From positions 1 to 45,667 of the forward strand of contig JAZGFI010000116.1 in NCBI GenBank assembly GCA_036479435.1: 45,667 nt of DNA, given 5' to 3'. Numbering within the stretch: position 1 is the stretch's first letter; each line of letters starts with the position of its first letter. The translations under genes were made by a program, and so were the position numbers. This document shows, in pieces, positions 36,403 to 45,541 of the stretch. The notes under the pieces were generated by a model that saw only the letters and a list, made by a program, of their open reading frames with translations, ran no database searches and was not told the DNA's origin. The DNA is from Planctomycetota bacterium (lineage in GTDB: Bacteria > Planctomycetota > GCA-002687715 > DRQF01).

Positions 36403-37190
36403 CCCGCGCGACTTTTGCGCGGGTCAAACCTCTGCGCCGGATCTTGTCGGTAGAAAGTCTGAAGTTGCCGGTAAAGGTCAGGGTGCCTTTTTCGTAACTG
36501 CCGCGGTTGTTCGAAGAAGGCCTCGGTAATCACGGCGAAGAATTCCGCGGGATTCGTCGCTCCGTAGGGATCGATCGTGGTGCGGTCGCCGTCGGCGACC
36601 GCGTCCACGAGTTCCTCGAATTCCCGGCTCAGCACGCGCGCCCACGGTCCGTAGGCCGCGCGGTTGGCGAGGCGGGGGGCGCCATCCGTGGAACCCACTT
36701 CATCGTCGAGTTGATGCGCGAACTCGTGCATCACAACGTTGTGGCCGTCGTGAATGTCGGCGGCGTCCGCCTTGACGGTGTCCCAAGCCAACACGACCGT
36801 GCCGCGATGCCATGACTCGCCCAGTCTCGTCTGCAAACTCTCCATGACCGTGCCGTCGGCGAGGTGCTCTTTCGTTTTCGCGACGTAAGGGCTTGGGTAC
36901 ACCAAGATGCGTTTTAAGCTCGGGTAGTACTCGGTCTCGCGGCCGATGAGCAAAAGGCAAGCCTGAGCCGCGATCGTGACGCGCACTACATCGGTGATCT
37001 CAAGGCCCCGCATCCCCTCGAATTCCTTCTCCGCCATGAAAACCTGAATATGGCGGCGAAGCTCCTTCCGTTCGCTGGGATCTAGAACCTCATCGTAAGG
37101 CAAATGCTCTTGAACAATCTCAGCCCAGCGCTCGGGAAAGGGCAGCGCGCGCAGCTTGCGACGTCGGCGACGTCTGAAGAATCCGAACAT
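36387..37190 (-). CDS. M90 zinc metallopeptidase (MtfA family)
   Basis: IAAQACLL, ILVYPS, GESW, HNVVMHEFAHQLD, and YGATNPAEFFAV.TEAFFE. Confidence 0.93.
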   Translation of the reverse strand: MFGFFRRRRRRKLRALPFPERWAEIVQEHLPYDEVLDPSERKELRRHIQVFMAEKEFEGMRGLEITDVVRVTIAAQACLLLIGRETEYYPSLKRILVYPSPYVAKTKEHLADGTVMESLQTRLGESWHRGTVVLAWDTVKADAADIHDGHNVVMHEFAHQLDDEVGSTDGAPRLANRAAYGPWARVLSREFEELVDAVADGDRTTIDPYGATNPAEFFAVITEAFFEQPRQLRKRHPDLYRQLQTFYRQDPAQRFDPRKSRAGQESP

Positions 37191-37248
37191 CTTTGTCTGC
37201 GCTCCGCGGCCCAAGGTTTGGCAGCTGAGCCCCGGGTCGTACCAAGAG

Positions 37249-37740
37249 TCAGCTGTTTTTGTTCACCCAGTTTCCGCGTGGCGATAGGGCGACAACGCGG
37301 AACCAGTAGTCGACCAGATCATGGAGTGCGCCGGCGAGATGATCAAGGTCTGTGGGCTTCGGCATGACCGAGTTGGCTCCCAAGCCCTGTGATATCGCGA
37401 TGGCCCGTTCTTGCTCTGAAGTTGCCAAGGCAATGACCGGAATACGACGGAGATGCTCATTTTCTCGCACGGTCTGAAGGACACGGCCGGCCTCGGCCTC
37501 AGGTATTGCGAGATCGAGGAGGATGAGGTCGGGCCGCGTCCGCAGCGAGTCGTCCGAAGGCGCCTCTCCGCTTTTTAGCATCAGCTGTTCGATGGCCTCA
37601 TGGCTATCGTTCGCGATGTTCAAACTGACTTCGATCTTGCCTTTTTCGATCGCTCTTTTGGCCAGGGTCTGAAACTCTGGGCTGCTCTCTACCAGTAGCA
37701 GCGTTGGGCAAGGGCTTGTCGTGGCGTTGTTCATCATCAT
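37249..37740 (-). CDS. Single-domain response regulator (Rcp1-like receiver)
   Basis: RPDLILLDL, LRRIPVIALATS, GANSVMPKP, LVDYWF. The acidic pocket is degenerate (LVESS). Confidence 0.85.
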   Translation of the reverse strand: MMMNNATTSPCPTLLLVESSPEFQTLAKRAIEKGKIEVSLNIANDSHEAIEQLMLKSGEAPSDDSLRTRPDLILLDLAIPEAEAGRVLQTVRENEHLRRIPVIALATSEQERAIAISQGLGANSVMPKPTDLDHLAGALHDLVDYWFRVVALSPRGNWVNKNS

Positions 37741-38030
37741 CCCTCGCGTTGGCGCACCGTGGTCTGTTGCCGATGAGGCATCCAGATACAGGTTTCCTAC
37801 TTCAATAATCGGTTCGGCCTTCACTGCGCCTTAACAAGAACTTGTTGATGCGCTACGTCGCCTCTCCTTTACCGTGATGGACGGTCCGGTGCCCGCAAGG
37901 CCGCGGGGCTCCAGAGAATCCCAGCTCCCGACCCAAGCTCACGACTCGACCTGGAGATGCTGCGGGAAATCTCCCAGGAGGTCATGAGGCTTTTCGGACT
38001 CCTAGCAACGGTGCGCCGCTTGTCGCTGCC

Positions 38031-39227
38031 CTATCTGTCGCGAGGAACCAGGTGTCTTCGGGCGAAGGGATCGGCGTCTTCGGCCTCGACCATGGATCGA
38101 ATCTGATCGGAGACTTTCTGTTCGCATTGCAGGACTTTGGCCGCCGCCATGGTCCGAGTGTAGGCCTCGGCCAGGTCCCCAGCGCTCGTCTCGAACCCCC
38201 GGCCTCGACAGAACCAATGACAGGCTAAGAGCCCGGCTTGCAAGGCAAAGTCAGGGTTGGGTTCAATGAAGTCACGCGCCGCGCGGCTCAGGGTTGTCGG
38301 CGCGGTGGGTCCGATCTTGGCTAGTTCAAGCGCCTTGGGCAACAGGCCCGCGTCCTTCGCGGAGGCAAACCAGTTGCCCTCTTCGCCGGGCGTTGAGGCG
38401 ATGAGGTCGTCCAAGATGTCCTCTGGTTGCTTGTCTGGATACTTGCGAATGACCTTTTTGAACCATGCCTTGTAGGTCGTCGACTGCGCGTCGGCGAGGC
38501 CGTAACGCCGGTAAGCTTCATCGATCATCCCCGCTGAGAGGAGGATTTGTTCGCAGAACTCATCCATCTCCGCCTCGCCCTGCCCGGATTTTCGCAGCCC
38601 TTCCGCTTGCCGGAGCGCTTCGGCCATCTTCCCTTGGTTCACCAAGGCCTTTAGCGCCCACTTGCGATAGGGCCAAAAAAAGCTGTTGGCTGCAAGGTCA
38701 ACGAGTTCGTCGTAGCGCTCGGCAGCATAAAGCGCACTCAAACAGATCGACGTTCCTTTGTAGTGGATGTATTCCCCCGGCTTCGCTTTGAGCGCGCGTT
38801 CGGAAAACGGGTAGCACTGGTCGGCCCAATCGGAAGCGGTTTTGCGGTCGGCGCAAAGATCGCCCCAGTGTTCATCCAAACTCTCGATGTAGGGGATGCG
38901 GTCTTGCTGGTGGGCCTCGTAGAGTCTCTCCAGCCATTGCCTCCTCGTTTTTTCATCGGCCGGAGCTTTGGCAATGATTTGGCTTAAGGCAACCACCGCT
39001 TTTGAAACGGCCGTACCAATCGAGCCCGAAGAAGAGTCAACCGCTTCGATGGCGGGTGAGACTTTCTCCAAAAAAAGAACCGCTCCCTCGCCTCCCAAGA
39101 TCGGGTCTCGCCGCGCAACCTTCTTTATCTCAGAAACGGCCTCGCGAATTCGAATCATCGCCGGCCGAGACTTCCATCCGTAGGCGCCCTTACGAAAGCG
39201 GGGGGAGAATTCCCATTTGTGTTTCAT
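38031..39227 (-). CDS. Hypothetical all-helical protein
   Basis: Clean 398-aa ORF with a TPR-like helical pattern. No function recognised. Confidence 0.75.
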   Translation of the reverse strand: MKHKWEFSPRFRKGAYGWKSRPAMIRIREAVSEIKKVARRDPILGGEGAVLFLEKVSPAIEAVDSSSGSIGTAVSKAVVALSQIIAKAPADEKTRRQWLERLYEAHQQDRIPYIESLDEHWGDLCADRKTASDWADQCYPFSERALKAKPGEYIHYKGTSICLSALYAAERYDELVDLAANSFFWPYRKWALKALVNQGKMAEALRQAEGLRKSGQGEAEMDEFCEQILLSAGMIDEAYRRYGLADAQSTTYKAWFKKVIRKYPDKQPEDILDDLIASTPGEEGNWFASAKDAGLLPKALELAKIGPTAPTTLSRAARDFIEPNPDFALQAGLLACHWFCRGRGFETSAGDLAEAYTRTMAAAKVLQCEQKVSDQIRSMVEAEDADPFARRHLVPRDR

Positions 39228-39494
39228 CGAATCTCAGCATTCATGTTGGCGGTTATGGCTCGAAGGGCCATGGGATCGAGCTTCTCGTTCGCAGAAGGCT
39301 AACCAGCCGGAGGTGCCCTTCCGCCTCTTCATTCCGCAGGGGCGATTCTAACGGCCTCAGGGCCCCAATTTGATCAGCAACAGCCCTGCCCAGAGTGAGC
39401 ACTTTGCTAGAAGAGTGTTCAGGAAGCTCCTTTGCATGACCATTATTACCAAAGCATGGTAACATTTCAGGGGACCCCAGTCAGGAGCACCACC

Positions 39495-39746
39495 ATGGGC
39501 AAGAACACCAGTATCAGCCTCGGCGACCACTTCGAGGGCTACATCGCCGCTCAGGTCGAGACCGGGCACTACGGTAACCGAAGCGAAGTCATTCGTGATG
39601 CGCTGCGCAACCACGAGGAGAGACAGCACAAAATCGAGGCGCTTCGCCAAGCTCTGATCGAAGGCGAAGAGAGCGGGCCTTACTGCCCGTTCGACATGGA
39701 AAAGATCATCGCCTCGGCGCGCAAGAAGGCCGGGCTAGATGCGTGA
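39495..39746 (+). CDS. parD: ParD family antitoxin (RHH)
   Basis: KNTSISLGDHF...GHYGNRSEVIRDALR...LRQALIEGEESG. AGGAG RBS. Overlaps parE. Confidence 0.92.
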   Translation: MGKNTSISLGDHFEGYIAAQVETGHYGNRSEVIRDALRNHEERQHKIEALRQALIEGEESGPYCPFDMEKIIASARKKAGLDA

Positions 39747-40029
39747 GGTCGTCATCCGACCCCGCGCGTTCGACGATCTCGAAAGTATCTGGCTCTACAC
39801 CTACGAACAGTGGAGCGACAGCCAAGCAGCGCACTACCTAGGGCGGCTGAACGAACGCATCACGGAATTGGCGGAGACGGCAGAGCAGGGCAAAAGGTGC
39901 GATGTCATCCGGGAGGGCTATCACTCGATCCACGTTTGCCGTCACCTCATCTTCTACACTCTCAATGACGAGATGGTCGGCATCGGGCGTGTACTTCACG
40001 ATCAGATGGACCTAAGCCGTCATCTCTAA
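39739..40029 (+). CDS. parE: ParE family toxin
   Basis: RAFDDLESIWLYTYEQWSDSQAAHY, HLIFY, and RVLHDQMD. Confidence 0.92.
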   Translation: MREVVIRPRAFDDLESIWLYTYEQWSDSQAAHYLGRLNERITELAETAEQGKRCDVIREGYHSIHVCRHLIFYTLNDEMVGIGRVLHDQMDLSRHL

Positions 40030-40135
40030 CCAGAGAACACAGCTTCGTTCTTTTGGAGCACTTGCTCCTATCTTGCAGTCTTGGCTGTCGATAGCTTGAC
40101 ATTGCAGCTGATCCCTTGCCTCGGCCAAACCGGTC

Positions 40136-42502
40136 ATGTCTTTGCAATCTAGGAGAGAATTCGTGGCGGATGAACTTGATGAAACCCAGTTTTTTCGGCG
40201 GAGACTGGTTGGCGCTCTCGAATCGATCGATCGCCCGAGCGAAGTTTGCACCGCCGGTGATCGGCCGCTGGTTATGCCCGGCTTGCAGGTCGAGGGGCTT
40301 GGTTCCTTGGGCTTACCCTTGGGGAAAGCACAGGCGTCCGAGCTAATCAAGCTCTGTCGGCAGGCTCCCTACGGCAAGGGCACTGAGACCTTGGTCGACA
40401 AAAAGGTGCGGCGGGTTTGGGAACTTGACCCCAGCAAGTTTAAGCTTACGAATCCCGAGTGGGATAAGTTGATCGCATCGATCATCGACGATGTCAAAAA
40501 AGATCTAGGTCTAGAGGATCGAGAACTATCAGCCCATCTCTACAAACTTCTGGTTTACGAAAAGGGGAGCTTCTTCTTGCCGCATCGAGACGGTGAGAAA
40601 CTCGATCGCATGGTGGCGACTTTGGTGGTTGCTTTGCCCTCAGTTCACGAAGGTGGCGAGCTGGTCGTGTCGCACGACGACGTTGAACACGAAATCTCGT
40701 TCAAGGGTGCCGCTTCCGGCCTCAAGCTAAGCTACGCTGCGTTCTACGCCGATTGCGAGCACGACGTTCGTCCTTTGACCCGCGGCCATCGCCTTTGCTT
40801 GACCTACAACGTCACCTTGGCCAAGTCGCGAGGCAAAAAGGGCATCGCCGCACCCTCTTACGTCGAAGCGACGGCTGCGATTGGAGAGTTGGTTGGGACT
40901 TTTTGGGAGCGGTCGAACCTGAAAAAGATCGCGGTGACTCTCGATCATCGCTATACAAAAGACGGCCTCAAGCTCGACCGGCTTAAGGGCGTTGATCGGG
41001 CGCGGGCCGATGTTTTGTTCGAAGCGGCAAAGAGTGCCGACTGCCATGCTTACCTTGGGCTCGTGACGCTTTATCAAATGGGGAGTGCGGAAGGCGAAGA
41101 CATGGGCCGCCGCCACTCCTCTTGGCGGGAGAAAAGGTACCAAGCGTCTCAAGGTGAGCATCACATGGGCGAGATCTATGAGGATAGCTTTTCGATCGAT
41201 CATTGGTCTGATCGCGCCGGCCGCAAGGTAGACCTCGGCGAGATCACTGTCGAGGACGACGAGATCATCTCGGGGCAAGCCCTTCTCGACGGCCCTCCTA
41301 GCGAAGAGGACTTCGAGGGTTTCACCGGCAACGCGGGCATGACTTTGGAACGTTGGTATCGCCGCGCGGCCATCGTGATTTGGCCGCGGCAACATCACTA
41401 CGCAGTTCTGAGCGCAGCGGGAACCACGGCGTCGATCGTCAGCCTAAAGCCCATGGTCGAAAAACTCGGCAAGGCCAAGGGAGTTCGTCGTGAGCGACTG
41501 CTCGCAGATTGCTTGGACTTTGCTGCTTTTATCATCAGCTCTTGGGATGCTACGAGCGGGAGCAGGCGCCGCACTCAATCCGACACGATCCGAGGGAGCT
41601 TCCTTCCGATTCTGCAGGAGTTGGACGACCCCTCACTCGTCAAGCGTTTCTTGTCGCTCGTCGTGCAGCACGACAACGAGCTTCAGGTTGATGCGTCTTT
41701 CGCCAAATTCTGCGGCCGACATGGTTGGGGCCTCTTTGAAACGGAACTCCACGACATCATTAACTTGGTCAATGCTGATAACGTCGTTCGTAACGCTGAG
41801 TTTTTGGTGACGTTGTGTTTGGCGCGCGACAAGAACGAAGATCGTCTTCAGCTCTGCAACAATCTTGCGCAGCTGGCGGTGGAGTCTTTGCGGAGTTTCG
41901 ACGAGGACCCCCAGCAAAAAGCTTGGCAGCGTTTTGGGATCAAGCGGTCGCAGTTGTTGAGGTCCTTGGCCCAAGCACTCCTTGCGGTCGAAGCCAAAAA
42001 GCCCCTTGCCGCACTCATCAAGCACTCTTTCGCCCGAACTGAGGATTATGATCTGATCGACACCCATCTTCCTGCGATTTTTGCTCTCGAGAAGTGGCTT
42101 GCGAAGCATCCCATTTCCAACGTGACGATCAAGTCTTGGCTGTGCCGTTGCCGAGAAACCTTGGAGAAGCGAACGGCCACCGCCCCTCAAGAACCCACAG
42201 ATTTTCGTCGCCCCAGTGAGCTGTCGTGCCACTGTGCAGACTGTCTAAAACTCAGCGAGTACCTGTCCGATCCCGCGCAAAGCGAGGCCCGCTTTAGCGT
42301 CAACGAGCGCCGCCGCGACCATCTCGAAGGGACCATCGGTAGCAGCCGGAGCGATTGCAGCTACGAGACAGAGCGCCGCGGGAGCCCCCACACGCTAGTC
42401 TGCACCAAGAACACGGCATCGTACGACCGGTCGTGCAAGACCTATGAACAAGACACGGCGAGCTTAGAGCGCATCATCCGCATCGAACGGAGCCTTGCCT
42501 AG
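40136..42502 (+). CDS. Large 2OG-Fe(II) oxygenase domain protein with C-terminal helical and Cys-containing region
   Basis: LYKLLVYEKGSFFLPHRD, GGELVV, FYADCEHDVRP..GHRLCLTYN, and C-terminal CHCADC and GSPHTLVCTK. Confidence 0.85.
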   Translation: MSLQSRREFVADELDETQFFRRRLVGALESIDRPSEVCTAGDRPLVMPGLQVEGLGSLGLPLGKAQASELIKLCRQAPYGKGTETLVDKKVRRVWELDPSKFKLTNPEWDKLIASIIDDVKKDLGLEDRELSAHLYKLLVYEKGSFFLPHRDGEKLDRMVATLVVALPSVHEGGELVVSHDDVEHEISFKGAASGLKLSYAAFYADCEHDVRPLTRGHRLCLTYNVTLAKSRGKKGIAAPSYVEATAAIGELVGTFWERSNLKKIAVTLDHRYTKDGLKLDRLKGVDRARADVLFEAAKSADCHAYLGLVTLYQMGSAEGEDMGRRHSSWREKRYQASQGEHHMGEIYEDSFSIDHWSDRAGRKVDLGEITVEDDEIISGQALLDGPPSEEDFEGFTGNAGMTLERWYRRAAIVIWPRQHHYAVLSAAGTTASIVSLKPMVEKLGKAKGVRRERLLADCLDFAAFIISSWDATSGSRRRTQSDTIRGSFLPILQELDDPSLVKRFLSLVVQHDNELQVDASFAKFCGRHGWGLFETELHDIINLVNADNVVRNAEFLVTLCLARDKNEDRLQLCNNLAQLAVESLRSFDEDPQQKAWQRFGIKRSQLLRSLAQALLAVEAKKPLAALIKHSFARTEDYDLIDTHLPAIFALEKWLAKHPISNVTIKSWLCRCRETLEKRTATAPQEPTDFRRPSELSCHCADCLKLSEYLSDPAQSEARFSVNERRRDHLEGTIGSSRSDCSYETERRGSPHTLVCTKNTASYDRSCKTYEQDTASLERIIRIERSLA

Positions 42503-42592
42503 TTCAAGGACTGCGCGCCAGGGAACATCGAGGCCCTGTGCTATCTGCTGATTTGCTACGATCTTTAGGACTTCAGCCGCAGAGGACTCTCC

Positions 42593-43456
42593 ATGATGAA
42601 CACCCTAGGCCTGCTCTTGTTCTTTCTGTTCGCTGCATCGCTTGCGGCTCAAGAAAAAGCGCCTTCCGAGTTCACCGTTGATAGAGCCGGGGGCGGCCTT
42701 TGGGAATGGAAGGTTTTCAAGGCTCACAAGTGCGAGCACTGTCCCGACAACTCGAAGTTTCCCAAGTTCTGTCTTGAGTGCAAAAAGAAGAAGAAGAAAA
42801 ACTGCGCGACCTGCAAGCCCCTCAAACACCTTAAGCCTTGCTGTACTAAGTGCGCCGGCTCCAAAAAGGTCACGAAAGATCCGGTCAGAAATCTGGCCTG
42901 CCCGCAATGCAACGCGAAGAAGGCGACACCATGTCCTTTTTGTAAGGGCGGCGGCGTCGTCAGCGTTGTCGGCGGATCGAGTGGCGGCAACAAGTGTTTT
43001 TGCTGCAACGGCAAGGGAGTCTTCAGGTGTTCCCTTTGCCGGGGGAAATGCTTCGTTCCCTTTCCCAAAGTCAACGGCAATGACTTTCGAAAGGCCAGGA
43101 GACTCGCGATCGAAAGGCACCTAAAAGGACTGAAAGCGGCTGAAGTGACGCTCGGTTCTTTGGGAGACCGAGGCGTGACCGACACCAAGACGACGGATAT
43201 CTACGCCAAAGTTGCCAAGAAAGTTCGCACCGTCTTGCCCGCAGCATCCGTGCAAGCCAAGGGCCTCAAGAGCATCATGAAGAACCTCGCGAGGGCGCAG
43301 CAGTACGAGAACTACAGCGCCAGGTTCGAGGCAGTGATGGATACCCACCAAAGCGCGATCAGCGAACTCTTGGACGAAAACATCCGCCTCACCGAACTCG
43401 CCTTGAAACGCCTCCTTCACAACGAGCGCATCAAGGCTGAAAGCTCCAAGGAGTAG
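42593..43456 (+). CDS. Exported Cys-rich protein with DnaJ-type zinc-finger repeats
   Basis: Signal peptide and eight CxxC motifs, including CPFCKGGG and CFCCNGKG. Confidence 0.75.
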   Translation: MMNTLGLLLFFLFAASLAAQEKAPSEFTVDRAGGGLWEWKVFKAHKCEHCPDNSKFPKFCLECKKKKKKNCATCKPLKHLKPCCTKCAGSKKVTKDPVRNLACPQCNAKKATPCPFCKGGGVVSVVGGSSGGNKCFCCNGKGVFRCSLCRGKCFVPFPKVNGNDFRKARRLAIERHLKGLKAAEVTLGSLGDRGVTDTKTTDIYAKVAKKVRTVLPAASVQAKGLKSIMKNLARAQQYENYSARFEAVMDTHQSAISELLDENIRLTELALKRLLHNERIKAESSKE

Positions 43457-43838
43457 TCACTGCAAGACGGCGTGCTTGGTTTCCTCGATAGAAAACTTCG
43501 GTGGGCAGATCCATGAATCCGGCTGGCCAAGCAGCTCAATTTTCACGAACTGTTCGCTTGTAAGTCATTGAAAAGTGGATGTTTAAAGCACTCGTGATCC
43601 TAAGGAAAGAGTTTTTACCTTAGACCATCGATCTTCGAGGGTGTTGCATGATGAATGCCGCCATCGAGGGTACTCGTCGCCCTCGATTCCTCTCTTGTCG
43701 CTGGCGTTCTTGAAAATGGAGACCTTCCTACTCTGGTTGAGCGCTGTGCGAGGGTTTCTTCGCCGTGAGCGGAGTTAAGTTGGCGGACTGAGTTAGTTGC
43801 GGCAAAGAATGCAAATGAGACGGGAATAAGGACCGACG

Positions 43839-44159
43839 ATGTACGACGACGAGTTTGACCTTGAAGCCCACTGGGCCGATTGCCATGGCTGTGATTCGTT
43901 CATCCCTGTAGATGAGGTCGGACTCTGTCGGGATTGTTCCGTAAAGCTTGAGCGTGATTTGCTTCGGCAGCGCGACTGGGTGTACTCGTCGTGTTGTTAT
44001 GGCGTGCCCAACGACAAACGCGAGGAGCTTCGCCTCTCGGTGATCAAAAAGCACGGAGCCGCCTTAGAGTTGCTTGCCCCCGACCCGAAGACAGCCGCAG
44101 GTAAAGACCGGAAACGCCAGCGCCAAAAACGCAAGCCGCAGCAAAAGAAAAACCGTTGA
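43839..44159 (+). CDS. Small hypothetical zinc-ribbon protein
   Basis: TAAGGA RBS, CHGC...CRDC, ERDLLRQRDW, and a basic tail. Confidence 0.65.
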   Translation: MYDDEFDLEAHWADCHGCDSFIPVDEVGLCRDCSVKLERDLLRQRDWVYSSCCYGVPNDKREELRLSVIKKHGAALELLAPDPKTAAGKDRKRQRQKRKPQQKKNR

Positions 44160-44274
44160 GCTTGTCGATTGGACTGGGATAGGCGGGATCAGCCCGGATG
44201 TCGAGTTTCTTCTTGACCTGAGAGTTGGCGCTTGCTGGCCCCGGCAACGAGTCGACTCTCGCCTTGGGTTAGTC

Positions 44275-44727
44275 TTAGATGGCGACTAGCTCTTGAAGGC
44301 TTTTTTCGTTGTCTCGAATCGCTTCGCGGGCTAGCTCATAGCTGGCTTCCACTTCGGGCTCTGCCTCTGGACTCTTGGGGTGCTCTAGACCTGAGAGGAG
44401 GTTATTGACCATAATTTGAACTTTTCCGATTCCATCGAGATCGACTTGGACTTCCATGCGGCGAGGGCGTCCGGTGTGAGTGCCTTCGAAGATAGTGATT
44501 CCCTTGTTGTCGTCGTCATTGATCGGTGTGTCGTCGATCGGTTCATCGTCCATGTACTCAAAATCGACCACGAGCGTGCCAGAACTAGGGTCGTAGCTGC
44601 ATTTGAGCGTCTCTGGGAAAAAGTAAGGCGAGAGGTGAACCTTAATGTCGAGGCCCTTATTGACGATCTTCGAACTCCGAGGTTCCCGAAATGCGCTGAG
44701 TACCAGCGTCTTGGTTTGATTTGTCAT
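44275..44727 (-). CDS. Hypothetical acidic protein, weakly DUF2283-like
   Basis: SYDPSSGTLVVDFEY resembles the DUF2283 YD...LYI pattern. ATGA coupling to the upstream gene. Confidence 0.6.
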   Translation of the reverse strand: MTNQTKTLVLSAFREPRSSKIVNKGLDIKVHLSPYFFPETLKCSYDPSSGTLVVDFEYMDDEPIDDTPINDDDNKGITIFEGTHTGRPRRMEVQVDLDGIGKVQIMVNNLLSGLEHPKSPEAEPEVEASYELAREAIRDNEKSLQELVAI

Positions 44728-45497
44728 TTCTGGGCCTCCAGAATCTTTGTCGTCAGTCGCTGAGCTCGGTGAAAGCCACCGCTTCGGTCTTCCAGCTTTC
44801 CAATCGTAACTCCCTCGGGGTCGACGGAATCAAGAACAAGAACTCCCCAACGCTCGCCGTGGACTTGAATGGTTCCACCGCCGATACTTCGGGCTGCGTA
44901 GTGGTACTCCTTGATGTTCTCCTCGGAATCGTAGGCTTTCTCCGCATACACAGCAAAGTTCACTGGAGCACTGTCATCGGAAAGCCCCGGTAGATTCGTG
45001 ACGGCTTCGAGCCCTCGGCAATACGCTTGCCCCACAACTCCTTCGCATTCGCGGTCATCATATTCGTTTACGTACCAAACCCGCCTGGGGGCCGGAGCAT
45101 CTAGCGGCCACCGAAGTCTTGGTACGAGCTTGTGGGTACAGTTGCGAGCTTTTCCTCGACGAAGCCATGGCGGAAGCCAAAACTTACGAAGCTCGAACAG
45201 GGTAATTCTGTGCTGCATGTCGCTACGCCCCTGTAGCCGGCTGGTTGCCTTGGACCAAACGTCTCGCCAAACGACCTCAAAGACCCCTTCGAGTGGAGCC
45301 TTCGGATTAGGCCGTGGTATGGTTGCGATGGCCTGCGTGGTCATGGCCAAGGCAGCAATTCCCAAGGCGATTGTCCGGGTCAACATGCCGAAAGAATGAG
45401 GCCATACTGCGAACGCCCAACTGCAGACAACGGGAATCGCTCGCAAGGTGAATTGAATCCAAGTTGCCCGAGTTCTCTTCTTCCAAATCTTCGCCAT
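44724..45497 (-). CDS. Two-TM protein with putative GAF-like C-terminal domain
   Basis: Two hydrophobic segments, EGVVGQAY, and RSIGGGTIQVHGERWGVLVLDS. The true start is likely the ATG at 45497, because the longer ORF begins inside the repeat. Confidence 0.65.
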   Translation of the reverse strand: MAKIWKKRTRATWIQFTLRAIPVVCSWAFAVWPHSFGMLTRTIALGIAALAMTTQAIATIPRPNPKAPLEGVFEVVWRDVWSKATSRLQGRSDMQHRITLFELRKFWLPPWLRRGKARNCTHKLVPRLRWPLDAPAPRRVWYVNEYDDRECEGVVGQAYCRGLEAVTNLPGLSDDSAPVNFAVYAEKAYDSEENIKEYHYAARSIGGGTIQVHGERWGVLVLDSVDPEGVTIGKLEDRSGGFHRAQRLTTKILEAQK

Positions 45498-45541
45498 GCT
45501 GGAAGCGTAGCAAGTGTTCGAGAAACAGGGCGCGCTAACGA

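Noticed and set aside
42593..43456. Multihaem cytochrome c
   Set aside because: No CxxC motif is followed by His.
38031..45541. Integron cassette array
   Set aside because: Genes are in mixed orientation, I found no convincing paired attC boxes, and there is no intI.
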